A DNA stretch of 64,000 bases from Eledone cirrhosa (Eukaryota). The DNA lies in contig OZ024747.1 in assembly GCA_964016885.1 (NCBI GenBank), positions 66,588,001 through 66,652,000 of the forward strand, in the 5' to 3' direction. Positions 13,494 to 26,395 of the stretch are shown piece after piece. The notes under the pieces were generated by a model, which saw only the letters and a program-made list of their open reading frames with translations, had not been told where the DNA came from and made no database searches. Position 1 is the stretch's first letter. Each line of letters opens with the position of its first letter. Made by a program: the position numbers and the translations under genes.

Positions 13494-14039
13494 CTACAGT
13501 TGCTGCTTCGTTGTTGCTACAGTTGCTGCTGCTGCTGGTTTTGCTGGTTGAGCCAGTAGGATAGGCAGGAGAGGTGGCCTTAATTTTCTAGCCATCCCTT
13601 GAGGGCAGAAGACCTTTGGGTGGGTTCCATCGCCACAAACGACACACCTTGGCCTTCTACCTTCAACGATTACGGTGAGGTGGCTGCCGTCATCGAGGTC
13701 TATCACCTCTGGAATCTCTTGGATGTTTTTCTGGTCTGCTTCGATCAGGAGCTCCATTCCAGATCCGGACCAGCTTTTCTGTTTTACTCTTATCATCTCC
13801 ATCACCTTTGTGTCGTCCTCGATGTTGGCGAGGACGGCAGCTATCAGCCAAGGAATTTCAATGGCCGGCGAAATCTGGGTTACCCTCACTCTCGCGAGCC
13901 TTTGTGCGCAGTAACTTGGGACTAGTATGAACTCGTTGCCTTTAGTGGAGCCATGGAGTGCTGTCTGGCTTCCTGTGGGGTTCCAAAGGACACGGTCCCA
14001 TATCTTTGTCCACGTATGATGTAGGTTTTCTGAGCTCAC
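13494..14039 (-). pseudogene. ORF1 (gag-like) fragment of Tx1-like LINE
   Basis: VEGRRPRCVVCGDGTHPKVFCP = CX2CX4HX4C knuckle, followed by a low-complexity P/A/T tail. Confidence 0.7.
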
Positions 14040-14560
14040 ACATGTCTCAAAGCCTTTTGGATCTGGGATTCGGATGCCCGCTCCACTCGGCGTGTTGTAA
14101 TGTTAATGGTACGGTATGATACCGTACATAACCGCCGATGCTGCATGGTATTTGATGAAGGAATGAGGCTGACCCTGTAACCATTTTTGTCACCATTCTC
14201 CTGGCCTCATTCAGTTCTTCTTGGCTTGCCTCAATTGTTTCGTTTTTGTGACAGCTGGCTTTATTTGTGGAGTTGTATGCCGTCGATGTTTATTTTTTAC
14301 AAAACAAAAATTGTTTGTTTGACAAAATAAAGTTCAAAATTTGGGCTCAAGGCCCAAATATTATAGAAAGCAAATATTATAGAAAGCAATATATATGAAC
14401 TTATAAACAGTTAACAACAAATTTTTTCAAATTACTGGCAATTCAAAACAACTTAAAACAACAAACCTTTAGGAAACCACGATAACACGTTTTCTTACGT
14501 AAGTCGCCAATAATAATAATAATGATGATGATGATGATGATAATGATGATGATAATAGAA

Positions 14561-14690
14561 ATAATTATTTCTAGTATAGGCACAAGGCCAGTAATTTGTG
14601 GGAGGGTGTGGGAGAAAGACGATAATATCAACCTCAGTACTTGATTGGTGCTTCATTTTATCGATCCTAGAGATATGAAAGGCAAAGTTT
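14561..14690 (-). mobile_element. SINE family A (long form), 5'-truncated
   Basis: GGCACAAGGCCAG tail and ATGAAAGGCAAAGTT core. Confidence 0.7.
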
Positions 14691-16533
14691 TCTTTATCAG
14701 TGGTTAAGGGCCCATGACATGGCTTAGAATAAGAAATAGCTATATAATATAATAAGCTATAACTAATAAAGAAATATTTCCAATATAAAGTGGCGTTTTG
14801 AAAATAAAGTTTTAGGAGGTTTGGGCCACGAACTTTACACTAATACCATTTGTAATTTGTTTCGATTTTCGTTACCAAAATTGTAATTGAATCATTGATA
14901 CCCAATAGGATAAGCAACTATTTTAAAACAAATTTTTGCTAGCAATAATTTATATAAATATTTGCAATTTTATAAACATATAATCTCTCTCAGACACAAC
15001 ACATAGACACACATAAATGGCATAATGTAAAATGATATTTCTAAATCAATTTCCTGAACCAGTAAGATATATTATGACTACTAAAGATATTCATTGCAGT
15101 GCATTAATCATTTTCTTTTTAATTGCTATATTATATTTTCTTTTATTCTATAAATGCAAGACTAATTACCTTGTCTGACCTAGGTCACCTTTACTTCGCT
15201 CAGTTTCACAAAAAGAAAAATGTTCTCCCAAATTTTCTTTCAAAGATTATTCAGCTGAGGTGAATTTTATAGATGATCTTGAAATGTTCGGTGAAGTAAC
15301 TAGCATGTATTAAAGACAGCATTATTTATTTCTATTCTAAAGAGACCAAACTCAGAATTACAGAGACATTAATGATATTAGTTCCGTTTGAACAAAACTG
15401 AAGGTTTTTAGAGGTGGACGATTCGCAGAAAATTATGACTTCCTTATGTTTATCAATAGAATATTTTCCTTTTTATGGTTTACTCTGCGGAGTAAAGAGC
15501 AACCCCACCCCCGAGACTCATGAGTTTACTACATTAGGAAGCAGCACAACTAAATATCGAATTATCATCAGACGAATAATGGTCGCTTACCATAAAATAA
15601 TTCACTGAAATCATTCAAGTATTTAATTGTTGTCATTGTTGTGTTAAAGTGTTTGATCGTTGATATCTACTACCAAAGAATAGTTAAATTCAATTAAGAA
15701 CGCTGGTGCTGGTTGATAAATAGAAAAAGAAATACCCAACTCATGGTGTTACTGCAGTAATAAACATATCACAAGGACATCGTGATTTCCTTAGAACAAA
15801 GATACTGGTCTGAATTTTAATAGATGCATTTTGCGAAAGACCTACAATGACCATGTGATGGAACATGTCTACCTCCAACGGACAGGTGTGGGGAAAAAGT
15901 GGAGGGAATAACGTTATATGAATGAGAGTATGCAGATCTTGAGTAGTTCACTGACCGGACATCTGGTCTGAAAGCTTGTAATAACTCTGCCAAATACATC
16001 CTGGCACCAGATAGGGTATTACACAGATGTCGATCTCTGTTGGTACCCCAGATGCAAACCAGCATTTTCCCGTAGAATAACATCCAAACTGTTATTTATT
16101 TACTTATTTTTCTAGTAGGGGGTATGTTTGCGCTAGATATTGATCGCCTTAACCCAAACGCTCTGCATTGCATAGATAAAAACAAAAATAATTCTTACAC
16201 AATTGCATATTTCATGCAACAGCAAACACATAAATTATTGAATATATATTTTTAAAGACGCATCAAAGGGCATTGAAAGCTGTACGAGATAAATGTGGGC
16301 GTGTTATAGCGTTTAACAGCGTCCAACATTTACATTATGACGTTAAGTATAAATGATTTATTTGATGATTCTAGAGTGCCTGGTAACAGTAAATCATTCA
16401 TTTGTTGTGGATTTCAATATTTCAGAGTGGAAGCATGTCCTCGAAGGGAACAACTCTATTGTATTGATCTATTAATTGCTTTTGTAATCTGTTATCTTCG
16501 TCTTTAAACCATATATATATATGTATGTGTATA

Positions 16534-16678
<145 letters not shown>

Positions 16679-16681
16679 ACA

Positions 16682-16719
<38 letters not shown>

Positions 16720-17124
16720 TTGCTTACGATTATTGCTTAGTATAAGGTAAAAAAATTATGTGTGATTTTATACTGGCACAAGCAATGGCGATAACGATTA
16801 CATTCAATATGTTTACACCATCATCACCACCTCTTCCACTGCTTACACCAACACCATTACCACAAAACTTAGATGTGGTAGGAAAATAAAATTATATTAG
16901 TATATATTTCTCATATACAGTTTACCTGAGGTCAAAATAGTTATTACGGGGAGGTCACTCGTTTTATTGTAGAAAAATAAAAGAATTAAAAAATCAAAAT
17001 ATCTCTAAAAAAGAATTGAAAAACCAAAATATTATTAAAAATACATATAAAAAAATTCTCGTATCATTGGTGTTTCAGAAATTCTGGATGGTTCTGAATA
17101 CATTGGTAATGTAATATTAGTTGA

Positions 17125-17460
17125 CCCAGCATGCTCGAATGGATGTTCGCTTCGTGATCACTAAGTCCCGAGTTCGATCTCACAGCCAGGCGTCATTGAC
17201 AAGTGTTATTTCTCGAATCCTCAGGTCGAGCTAAGTGTGGTAAGTGAAACCCAGTAGACAGTAACCGTTTGGAAGTAACCATTGGCAGAATTACTAGCTT
17301 TGTTATACACTGCATTGTGTTGAATATCTCTGATAATGACCATAAGGATGCACCTGTCTGGGAATGTGCAGTCACTTCCATGTAAAATTCACGAGCAGGC
17401 TTTTCCGTTGTTGGACCAACTGGAACACTCATCACCGAAAATGGCAGAAGTTCATTCCAT
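17125..17460 (+). mobile_element. SINE family B (~330 bp)
   Basis: GAGTTCGATC B-box; 3' part TTCACGAGCAGGC..TTCCGTTG..CAACTGGAAC shared with copies at ~28070, 35860, 53330, 55941 and 56850(-). Confidence 0.7.
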
Positions 17461-17813
17461 ATTTGAACAGTGGGGTTTGTCAGTCGAGGGTTAAATATAT
17501 TTCTCTTTGTAAAGCCAATGGAATTAGAGATGAGGGTATCTAGATATCTCTACTTCGGGAAAAGTGTCGGATAAGTTTCAGAATTATGTATGTCACACTG
17601 ACACAGGCTGAGACTTGGTCGTGCTCAGTCGTGTCTCCTTGTTAAGGGTGTATGTTTTAAAACACGAAATACCCGGGTTACCCCCGGATACAACACGGAT
17701 AGTGTACCCAGGGATTTGCATCCGTGGATGTGTGAAGAAGTTGAATGCGCTAACGCTAACTTTATTCTGCGTTTTATTATCTTGTGTTCAGACTAATATT
17801 ATTTATAGTACAT

Positions 17814-18031
17814 GAGGGCGGTGGATTGGCAGTATCGGTAGCGGGCCGGACGCCATGCTTTGCAGCATAGAGTTACGGCCCTTTATGATCTGAGTTCAAA
17901 TCCCGCCGAGGTTAACTTTGACTTTCATCCTTACGGGGTCGATAAAATGAAGTACCAGTCACGCACTGGGGTCGATTTAATCGACTTTCCCCTCCGACAA
18001 AATTGCTGGCCTTGTGCCTATATAAGAAACA
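17814..18031 (+). mobile_element. SINE family A, long form, full length with TSD
   Basis: A-box-like TGGCAGTATCGG, B-box GAGTTCAAATCC; 16-bp TSD ATTATTTATAGTACAT at 17798-17813 and 18032-18047. Confidence 0.92.
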
Positions 18032-18394
18032 ATTATTTATAGTACATTAGTTTCAGAAAGAATTGAATTATTTAGAGAATTTTGTTTTGTCTAAAAGGAG
18101 ATAACTGATATTTTAGGTTAGATTGTTAATTTTCAAACGTTTTAAATCTGTTGCAAAATGCGTGGCTTTCTGAATGTATATTTATGCAAACCATATCGCA
18201 TCTTGGATTGATTTACTGTCATACTGATGTAATATATTCCGTTCTGTTTAACGTTAGATGTGATAGTGGGTACATAGATAAATAAGTTTTCTATGATATT
18301 GGCATTTGCTTGGCATGTGTCCAATGAAATACAGTTGCACTTTCGTATACTAATATGGTTTACGTTCTTCTAATTAGAATTGCCAGTTTTTATT

Positions 18395-18596
18395 GGTGGA
18401 TTGGCAGTATCGGTAGAGGGTCGGACGCCATGCTTTGACGCATAGAGTTACGGCCCTTGCCATTCTGAGTTCAAATCCCGCTGAGGTTAACTTTGCCTTT
18501 CATCCTTACGGAGTCGATAAAATAAAGTACCAGTAATGCACTGGGTAATTGCTGGCCTTGTGCCAAAAAGTAGAAACAATTATTATTATTATTATT
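18395..18596 (+). mobile_element. SINE family A, short form with (TAT)n tail
   Basis: Near-consensus copy. Confidence 0.9.
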
Positions 18597-18644
18597 GGCG
18601 GCGCATTGGCAGTGCCTATATAAGAAACCACTATTATTATTATT

Positions 18645-21600
18645 GTTCTTTGAGTCTCAGTCATTGATGTTAGTTAACTGGAAAGTTTGTTGAAATGAAT
18701 ATCAAGCCACTACCTGCAGCCTCAGATATTCAGGACGTATCGGAGGGTTCTTGCTGTTCCCAGCAAGCATGCCCTTTGAAGCGTTCCAAAAAGCGTGAAG
18801 GGGCCAATTTTCTTTAACCATCCCTGGAAACTTTTTGAGATAGTCCCTAGTGCGCCTATGACAATCGGGATCACTTTGACTTCATGGCAGTTCCAAATCC
18901 TTTTTACCTCCCACTTTAAGTCCTGGTATCGGTTAATTTTCTCCCTCTCCTTCTCTTGCACTCTCGTGTCGAATGGGCAGGCCACATCCACAATCAGGCA
19001 CGATCTTTTTTCCTTGTCCAAAACCACCAGGTCAGGTCTATTGTGTTCCAGTTTCTTGTCCGTCTGTATCCTAAAATCCCACAGCACCTTCACCTGATCG
19101 TTTTCTATTACAGACTTTGGCTTATGCTCATACCACTTCTCAGAATGTGGTAAATTGTTTACTTTGCATAGGTGCCAGTGGATCACCCTGCCCATCACAT
19201 CATGTCTCCAGCCTTTATAGTGAGTCTGGGCTAGGTGTTTACACTCGGATACAATGTGAGCCACAGTCTCCTCTCTCTCTCTCCACAGATCCTGCACAGT
19301 GGGATAGCCTCCTCCTTGTAAATATGGTGTTTCAACCACTTCGTTTTGAGGGCCTGCTCTTGCGCAGCCATTAGCATTCCTTTTGTAGCCTTTTTAAGGT
19401 CTCCGCTTTTCAACCAGTTCCATGTCTGTGGATCTCTGAATTCAGTTTTCTCATGAAGGCTGTTCTTTCTCCTTGTTGTTATTTCCTCCTTGGACATCCC
19501 CTGGTCTATTGTCCTCTCCTTCAGTACAATTCTGAGCATTGGCTCCTTATTATCAGACACGTATTTGTGTAGGTTGTTTTTCTCCATCTGAACACAGTCC
19601 TCTATGCTGATAAGACCTCTTCCACCTTCAGATCTCCTTACGTAGAGTCTATCGACATCACTCCTCTTGTGGAACATGTTGTAGATAGTCAATAGCTTCC
19701 TAGTCTTCCTATCCATTTCTTTTTGTTCAGCAACATTCCATCTCAGAATTCCCGCACTGTACCTAATAATAGACACAGCTCGGGAATCTACTGCACTTAT
19801 GGCATTCCTACTGTTCAGATGTGACTTTAATACGCTCCTTACTCTCCGAATGTATTGAGATCTTATCAATTCCTTCATTTTTTTGTTCTTGATGTAATCA
19901 GCCACAGAACACCCAAATACTTGTATCCTTCTTCAGTGTCAATTTCCTTTATCATCTCACCTGTTGGTACCTAGATTCCGTTGCTTCTGCTCAATTTACC
20001 CATCTTCATCACAAGGACTCCACACTTACTAATACCAAATTGCATACATATATCATTGCTGAAAATACGGACAGTGTCAACGAGCACATCCAACTCCTTC
20101 TCACTCTTCCCGAAGAGCTTAAGATCGTCCATGAAGAGGAGGTGATTCGCAGTACACTGGTCAGGGGCATCAGGGCAAGGACAAACAACAGAGAGGACAG
20201 ACTATCTCCCTCTCTTGATCTTCACGCTTCCCAAGGATTCTCCAGTTGATGTTAACTCTGTCTCCCAGGACTTCATACTTTTGCCCAACAACTGTCTGAT
20301 GTTATCTGCCACCTTGAAGATCTCCAGGCTTTTGGTGATCCAAGAATGAGGCACCATGTCAAATGCCTTTTTGTAGTCTATCCATCCCATGGCAAGACCA
20401 GTGTGTTTCCTCTTGCAATTCCTCATTACCATCTTATCAATAAGTAACTGGACCTTTGTACCACGTGACTTCTTTCGGCGTCCTTTCTGTTCGTCCTGTA
20501 ACAATTGTTTGTGTGGAGGTGATGGTAGATTTCCTGAGACATAATGCTTGTCAACAGTTTCCACATTACGGACAGACATGTGATAGGTCTATAGTTGGTA
20601 ACATCATTACCCTTGATTCGGTCTTTCATTATCAGAACTGTGGTACCTTTTGTCAACCACTCTGGTACATCACCTGACATCAAGCAGTCATTGAACATGG
20701 TTGTCAGTTTCGGGTGGAGGGATGTTATGTTTTTAATCCAATACCCCTGCACACCATCTGCGCCTGGTGATATCCAGTTGGCTAGTTTTTTGGCCTGCCC
20801 CTTAAGAGTTTCAACTGTGATACTCAAATCAGTTTGTTGGTGTGCCTGTTCACTGATCTCCTTCTGTACTGTCTCAATCCACGCTGCCTGGTCATTATGT
20901 TTAACATCCTGCTCCCATATTCCTCTCCAGAATGTTTTAGTTTGTTCCGCCTCAGGGATCAAGTCGTTGCCTCTTTCTTTCCCTTCAAGCTGTCCAAACA
21001 GCATCTTCTGGTTGTTGTCGAACATGCGGTTCTGTCTATACTGACTGACTCTGCTCTCGTATCGCCTGATTTTTGCACTCTTTGCTACAATGCGTTGCTT
21101 CAGTTCCTCTATGATAATATTTAGCTTTTTCCTCCTAGTTTTGTACTTTATTTCCAGTTTTTTTTAGTGTCTATGTTTTTTAGTGTCCCATTCAGTAGGG
21201 ACTCAAGCTTTCCAATGTCATTTCTCATTTCCCTGATTTGACCACTCAGTCGTTTCTTCCACCAAGGCTCTGCTCTTTCTTGTCTGTTGTTTCCTCTCGC
21301 TTTTATACCAAGTAGTTTCCTCACCGTATTTGCTGTTGCTTTTAGGATATTGTTGCACTGGTGGAGGCTCCTCGCCTCAAGGTATGGGATGACTTTGTTT
21401 ACCTTAGCTGTTGTTTCTTTTAACTTTTTCCTGTCTACAAATCTTAGGTTCATAGGTCTCCCACTATCATTGTTCAATTCATCTACCACTAAGTTTAGGA
21501 AATCAACCAAATCTTGTCCTAGCCCGTCAGCATTCATCTCCTCAGTGGACGTATCTCTGTTCCAGGTATTATTTATCTCAGCATTCAGATCATTGTCTGC

Positions 21601-22360
21601 TTCGGGTGGTTCCTCCGTTCTCTCGACCTCTTCACTTTCATTTCCAACTGGCTCGTTTGACTGGCATACTCCACCCTCCATCTCCAAGCTAATCTCTCTT
21701 CTCAGTTCCTCCAGTTCCAGCTCTCTTATCCACCCATTAGTTCTTATTACCCGAGCCTGCCCGGCCAGTTTTTGTTCATCTAATTTAAATGGACCAATCT
21801 CGTTCCAGATGTTATGCATCCTTTTCCTATAGCCTTTCTCCTTGGGGTTACTCTTCAGGTAACATTGCATAACAGTTCCATTCAATTCTTTCGTCCAGTT
21901 GGTTCTGGTCCCTTTCCTTCTTCTTCTTCCTCCGACACCAGCAGTATTTGGTTGACAGCCAGGTCCCTGCTGCTGATCTAGGGAGCACCTGTTGGGTGAG
22001 AGTCTGTCACATGACATTCTAGTCTCCATTTCACCGTTATTCGAACTGTTTAGGTTCGACATTTAAACACTCTTATCGAGGATTGGCAAATGTATCGTTA
22101 CATAACCACCGGTGAATTACTCGTCTCCGGTAGTTTCGTCACTCCACGTGACTTTTCTGTGGCATTATCACGCTGTAGACGAACCCAAATAAACAAACAA
22201 ACAAACAGGCAGAAAAAACCCCAAAAATGAATAAGCATAAGTTTCATTGTAATGAAGTGTTTGAATGTCTGACTTAGTTTTTCCCTTCCCTTCTCTGTCC
22301 GCCCGTTTGTTTTTCTCTTCATTTTTATTTCCTTTACGTTTTTCGTTGTTGCTGTGCTGC
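18645..22360 (-). mobile_element. R4/Dong-clade non-LTR retrotransposon, copy 1 (decayed)
   Basis: Single-ORF RT plus C-terminal CCHC and restriction-like endonuclease; both ends abut (TAT)n; 5' boundary approximate. Confidence 0.85.
18722..22062 (-). pseudogene. Frameshifted RT-REL polyprotein of Dong-like copy 1
   Basis: [33 protein letters not shown] (~20110-20147), CRIC..ETVAHIVSEC, RHD, NRPDLVV and KINRYQDL across five or more frames, with small deletions. Confidence 0.9.

Positions 22361-22431
<71 letters not shown>
22361..22431. repeat. (TAT)n/(TAA)n tract separating the two Dong-like elements
   Basis: Directly visible; forms the 3' tail of copy 2. Confidence 0.95.
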
Positions 22432-25400
22432 GTTGCATTTATCTTGCTTTATGTTCATACGAGTTATCACCAAGTCACAACCAGTGACCTCAAGAGACAA
22501 CAAGGTCCGCCATGTTCAAGAAAGAACATACATATTCACACATGCATCTTTAATGTTTAGACTTGTGATGTAATTATATTGACAGAATCTTCCTTAGTAT
22601 ATGGGCTGTTCCCATTAGTACTATCTTTTGTATTTCTCCTATACGCGGGTTTCCTGGGATTTGCGATATGTAATCATTAGACCCCTTAGGTATCATTCCC
22701 AGAGCGCCTACAACCACTGGTATTGTTTTAGTTCTCAATTTCCACATTTTTCCAATTTCTATCTCCAGGTCCTTATACTTGCTCAATTTTTCAAATGTTT
22801 TTATAGATACATTCTTGTCTATTGGAACAGACATATCAATTAGCAGGCATACCCTCTTTTGAAAGTCCTTCAATATTATATCAGGTCTATTTGCATCTAT
22901 TTTTCGGTCTGTTTGGATGCTAAAGTTCCACAAGATTGAGATGTGATCTTTTTCAAGTATGGGAGGTGGTTGATGCTCCCACCAATTCTTTTGATGGGGC
23001 ATGTCAAAATGCTTACACATTATCCAATGTATGTATTGTGCAGCTCTGTCATGCCTGTTTAGGTATTCGGTTGGAGCTATAGGACTGCACATTGAAATTA
23101 TATGGTCAATGGTCTCTGGTTGTTTTTTGCATACACGGCATAATGGGCTGCACCCATTTTTTATTATGTTGGCTTGGTAATTTTTTGTTGGCAGACACTG
23201 ATCTTGTGCTGATATAATCAGTCCTTCAGTCTCCGATTTCAGTCCAGAGGATGCCAACCACTGATGGGTTAAAGTTTTGTCAACATCAGGATTGTTAGCT
23301 CGCTCTGGGTATTTTCCATACAGAGGCTTTTCTTGCCATTTCTTAGCCAGTTTCTGTAGCAGTTCTTTCTTTGCAGTTACTTTTACCTGCTTTGCTTTTT
23401 CTGTGTTTTCCATTTCAGCAGTAAATGGGACTTCTGAAATTTGTAGTCCATTACTGTATCTTTGTGCATCTTTTGTAATGGAATATGATCTTTTGATGCT
23501 TTCGTGTTTCAAAACGAGTTTGATCATCCAATAACGTGATTCCCTTAGATATGTAGATAATCCAATTGTTGCAGTTTTCAACGCAATGTCTAACTGGATT
23601 AACCCACGTCCTCCTTCTTTCCTAGGGAGATATATTCTATCTATATCTGCCTTAGGGTGATGCATTATGTGCATGGTTAAGAATTTTCGAATTTTTGTAT
23701 CGAGCCTACGGATCTCTGTGCTTGACCAGTTGATGACATTGTAACTGTAGGTTACTACTGGTATGGCAAGCGTGTTTATGGCATCGATCCTATTCCTTGC
23801 ATTCAATTCCGTTCTTAAGATTGCTCTTACTCTGCGGTAACATTCCTTCCTAATCCTTTCCCTCATTGTCGAGTGCTTGATTCCGTCTCCTTCACAAACA
23901 CCTAGATATTTGTAAGTTTTTTCTTGATCAAGTTCTCTTATCACGTTCCCCCGATCAAGATTAATGTCTGAACTCTTCAGCAGCTTTCCTCTGGTGAACG
24001 TTGCTTTGGCGCATTTATCTAGTCCAAACTCCATTTTAATGTCATCACTGAACTGCTCCACAGTGGATAATAGCCCTTGCAATTGTTCATCATTTTTTGC
24101 AAATAGTTTCAGGTCATCCATGTAGAACAGGTGATTAATGGTTTTGTCATAGACTTTATATCCATGTTTTGTTTCATTGAGCATTTTACTTAATGGTATA
24201 AGTGCGATGCAGAATAAAAGCGGTGATAAAGAGTCACCCTGAAAAATTCCACAATTAATATTAACTTCTCCAGCTTCCAGTGATTTTGTTTCACTATTCA
24301 AAAGGAGTGTCGTTTTCCATGTCTTCATACTGAATGACAAACACCTCCTGACAACGGGGGATATTTTGAAAATCTCTAAACATTTTTCAATCCAACTGTG
24401 TGGCAAACTATCGAATGCTTTTTTATAATCTATCCAAGCAATCGATAGATTTTTGTGTCTATTATGACAATCTTCCAGTATCATTTTGTTAACCAGAAGC
24501 TGATCCTTACAGCCATATGAGCCTCGTTTACACCCTTTCTGCTCAATGGGAAATAGGTCATTTGTTATCAGGTGGTCATATGTGTATTCAGTTAGGACTG
24601 ATGTTAAAATTTTATACATTGTGGTCAAGCAAGTTATCGGTCTGTAATTTTTGGGATTGTTTGTCTCATCATTCTTCGGAAGCAGGAATGTAATGCCGTT
24701 AACTAGCCATGATGGTATCTTTTCTGGCTCCTTAACTATTTCATTGTAAAGTTGGGCTAACAGCTCATGAGACTCTGTGAAGGCATTTATCCAAAAGTTT
24801 TGTATTTTGTCTTTTCCTGGGGATTTCCATTTGCTGGTTTTTCTTAGAGCCAAGCGCAGCTATTCAACTGTTATATTTTCCCATATTTGTTCCTCAAGGT
24901 GAGCTGTATCTTTCATTTGTCTGTCTATCCATGGGGCATGTATGTTATGAACTTTTTCTTCGGCCCAGATCTTTTCCCAGAATTCTTGCACTTCCTCCTT
25001 GGGTGGTATTGATTTAGCAGTTATTGTTGACTTACCAATTTTTCTGTAGAAGTTTCTTTGGTTGTTTTTGAACATATTATTGTCCTTATAGAATCTAGAT
25101 CGTTTTTCAAAGCGCCTTATACGAGCAGCTTTGGCCGACACTTTTTGCTTGATTATTTCTATCAGCATGTCTATGTCACATGTTGATTTTATACTGTACT
25201 TTCTTTTCAATTTTCTAAGTTTAGTTTGTTTAACATATTCACCTACTTTATAGTTTGTTAAAATTTCTATGTCAGATCGGAGAAGGTTTATTTGGCGATT
25301 GATGTTCTCTTGCCAAGTAGATTTCTTGTGGGAATTCCTTTGTTTTTTCATCTTCACTCCACATAAGTGAGTGGTGACTTTAGCCGATGCATAATAGAGA

Positions 25401-26340
25401 TGATTTAAATCAGTAATGTTTAGTTTGTTTGTGATGATAATGTTTTTGAGAATTATGTTAGTCTTGTGTATTATCTTTTGGTTCTGTTTGGAGTTCTGGA
25501 TCTTAGGGAGGGTGTCTCGTTGCCCCATGTCAGATTCTTTCATTTTCATCCATTCGATCATAATTTCATCCTTCAAGTTGGCAAGTTCATTCTCATTCAT
25601 TTCTTTATCATTTACAATCTCATTATTTTCATTTGGAGTTTCATCCTGAGCATGCACTCCCTCCACTTTTTCGATCCTTTCTTTAATTTGTTCTGTTGCC
25701 AGTGATTCCGCCCCAACCCTGGGATTCGAAGTGTTACAGTTTACCTCGTTTTCACTGACACATGTTTCATTTTCCCTTCGCTGACTTTGTGCTAATAGCT
25801 TGATCTGATCAATTTCTATATCAGTTAGTAACTTTCTTCTTACAATATTTCTTCGTATATTGGCTAGTTTGTTACTGTCAATATAGCCTCTGTTTTCGGG
25901 ATGTTTCTTTTTCCAGTTGATATATGTCTGTTCTGTATTCGATGTCTTTGATGGGTAGTACATGGCAGTGTAGAAAGCCTCAAGGACTTCTTTATTATCT
26001 TCCCTTGACAATTTTTCTCTCTTTTTCTTTGGATTTCTTGGTGGTGAGCATGGAGGGCCAACAGTAGGAGTATTCCGGTTATGGGAGGTCTCCAGCTCCG
26101 AAGTGATGGGAAGGTTTGAACCATTAGCTGATTTTTCGACCCCAGTCTGGTTCCTCTCTGAGGGACGCGGCCCTTTTTTACCCGGGTGACGGCCGATCCG
26201 GTATGAGACACGGCTATTCCCCGCCGGCCGCCATCCTGGTATTTCTTGGTCACGGGGTTTTCTTTTTGTTGTTTTTTTTAAAATTGTTATTATCATGAGT
26301 GGTTCCTTAATGTGAGCATTGCGTGGCTTAAGAATGAAAT
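22432..26340 (-). mobile_element. R4/Dong-clade non-LTR retrotransposon, copy 2 (nearly intact, different family)
   Basis: ~140-bp 3' UTR followed by (TAA)n; long RT-REL ORF. Confidence 0.9.
22574..26296 (-). pseudogene. ~1240-codon RT + CCHC + REL endonuclease ORF with one in-frame TAG at 24860-24862
   Basis: Track ORFs 24860..26509 and 22574..24853 are in the same frame (…NITVE*LRLALRK…). Motifs [47 protein letters not shown]. Start at ATG 26296 is inferred. Confidence 0.92.
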
Positions 26341-26344
26341 TATT

Positions 26345-26395
26345 AATAACTGTCTCCACTCCAGGCACAAGGCCAGCAATCACCCAGTGCATTAC
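26345..26395 (-). mobile_element. SINE family A 3' tail fragment with clustered A>G changes
   Basis: Minus strand GTAATGCACTGGGTGATTGCTGGCCTTGTGCCTGGAGTGGAGACAGTTAT versus ...GGGTAATTGCTGGCCTTGTGCC(A/T)AAAGTAGAAACAATTAT in the other copies. Confidence 0.8.

Larger units (their letters stand above)
11061..14508 (-). mobile_element. Tx1/L1-clade LINE, internally deleted and decayed, embedded in (ATT/ATC)n
   Basis: ORF1 zinc knuckle, RT motifs, AATAAA near the 3' end; ATA/ATG triplet tracts at 11011-11060 and 14509-14558. Confidence 0.8.

Noticed and set aside
17814-17910. tRNA-like A and B boxes
   Set aside because: SINE heads; no cloverleaf, and they continue into the SINE body
26180-26240. 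GC-rich hairpin near the 5' end of Dong copy 2 as an HDV-like ribozyme
   Set aside because: A stem is visible, but I could not assign the nested double pseudoknot
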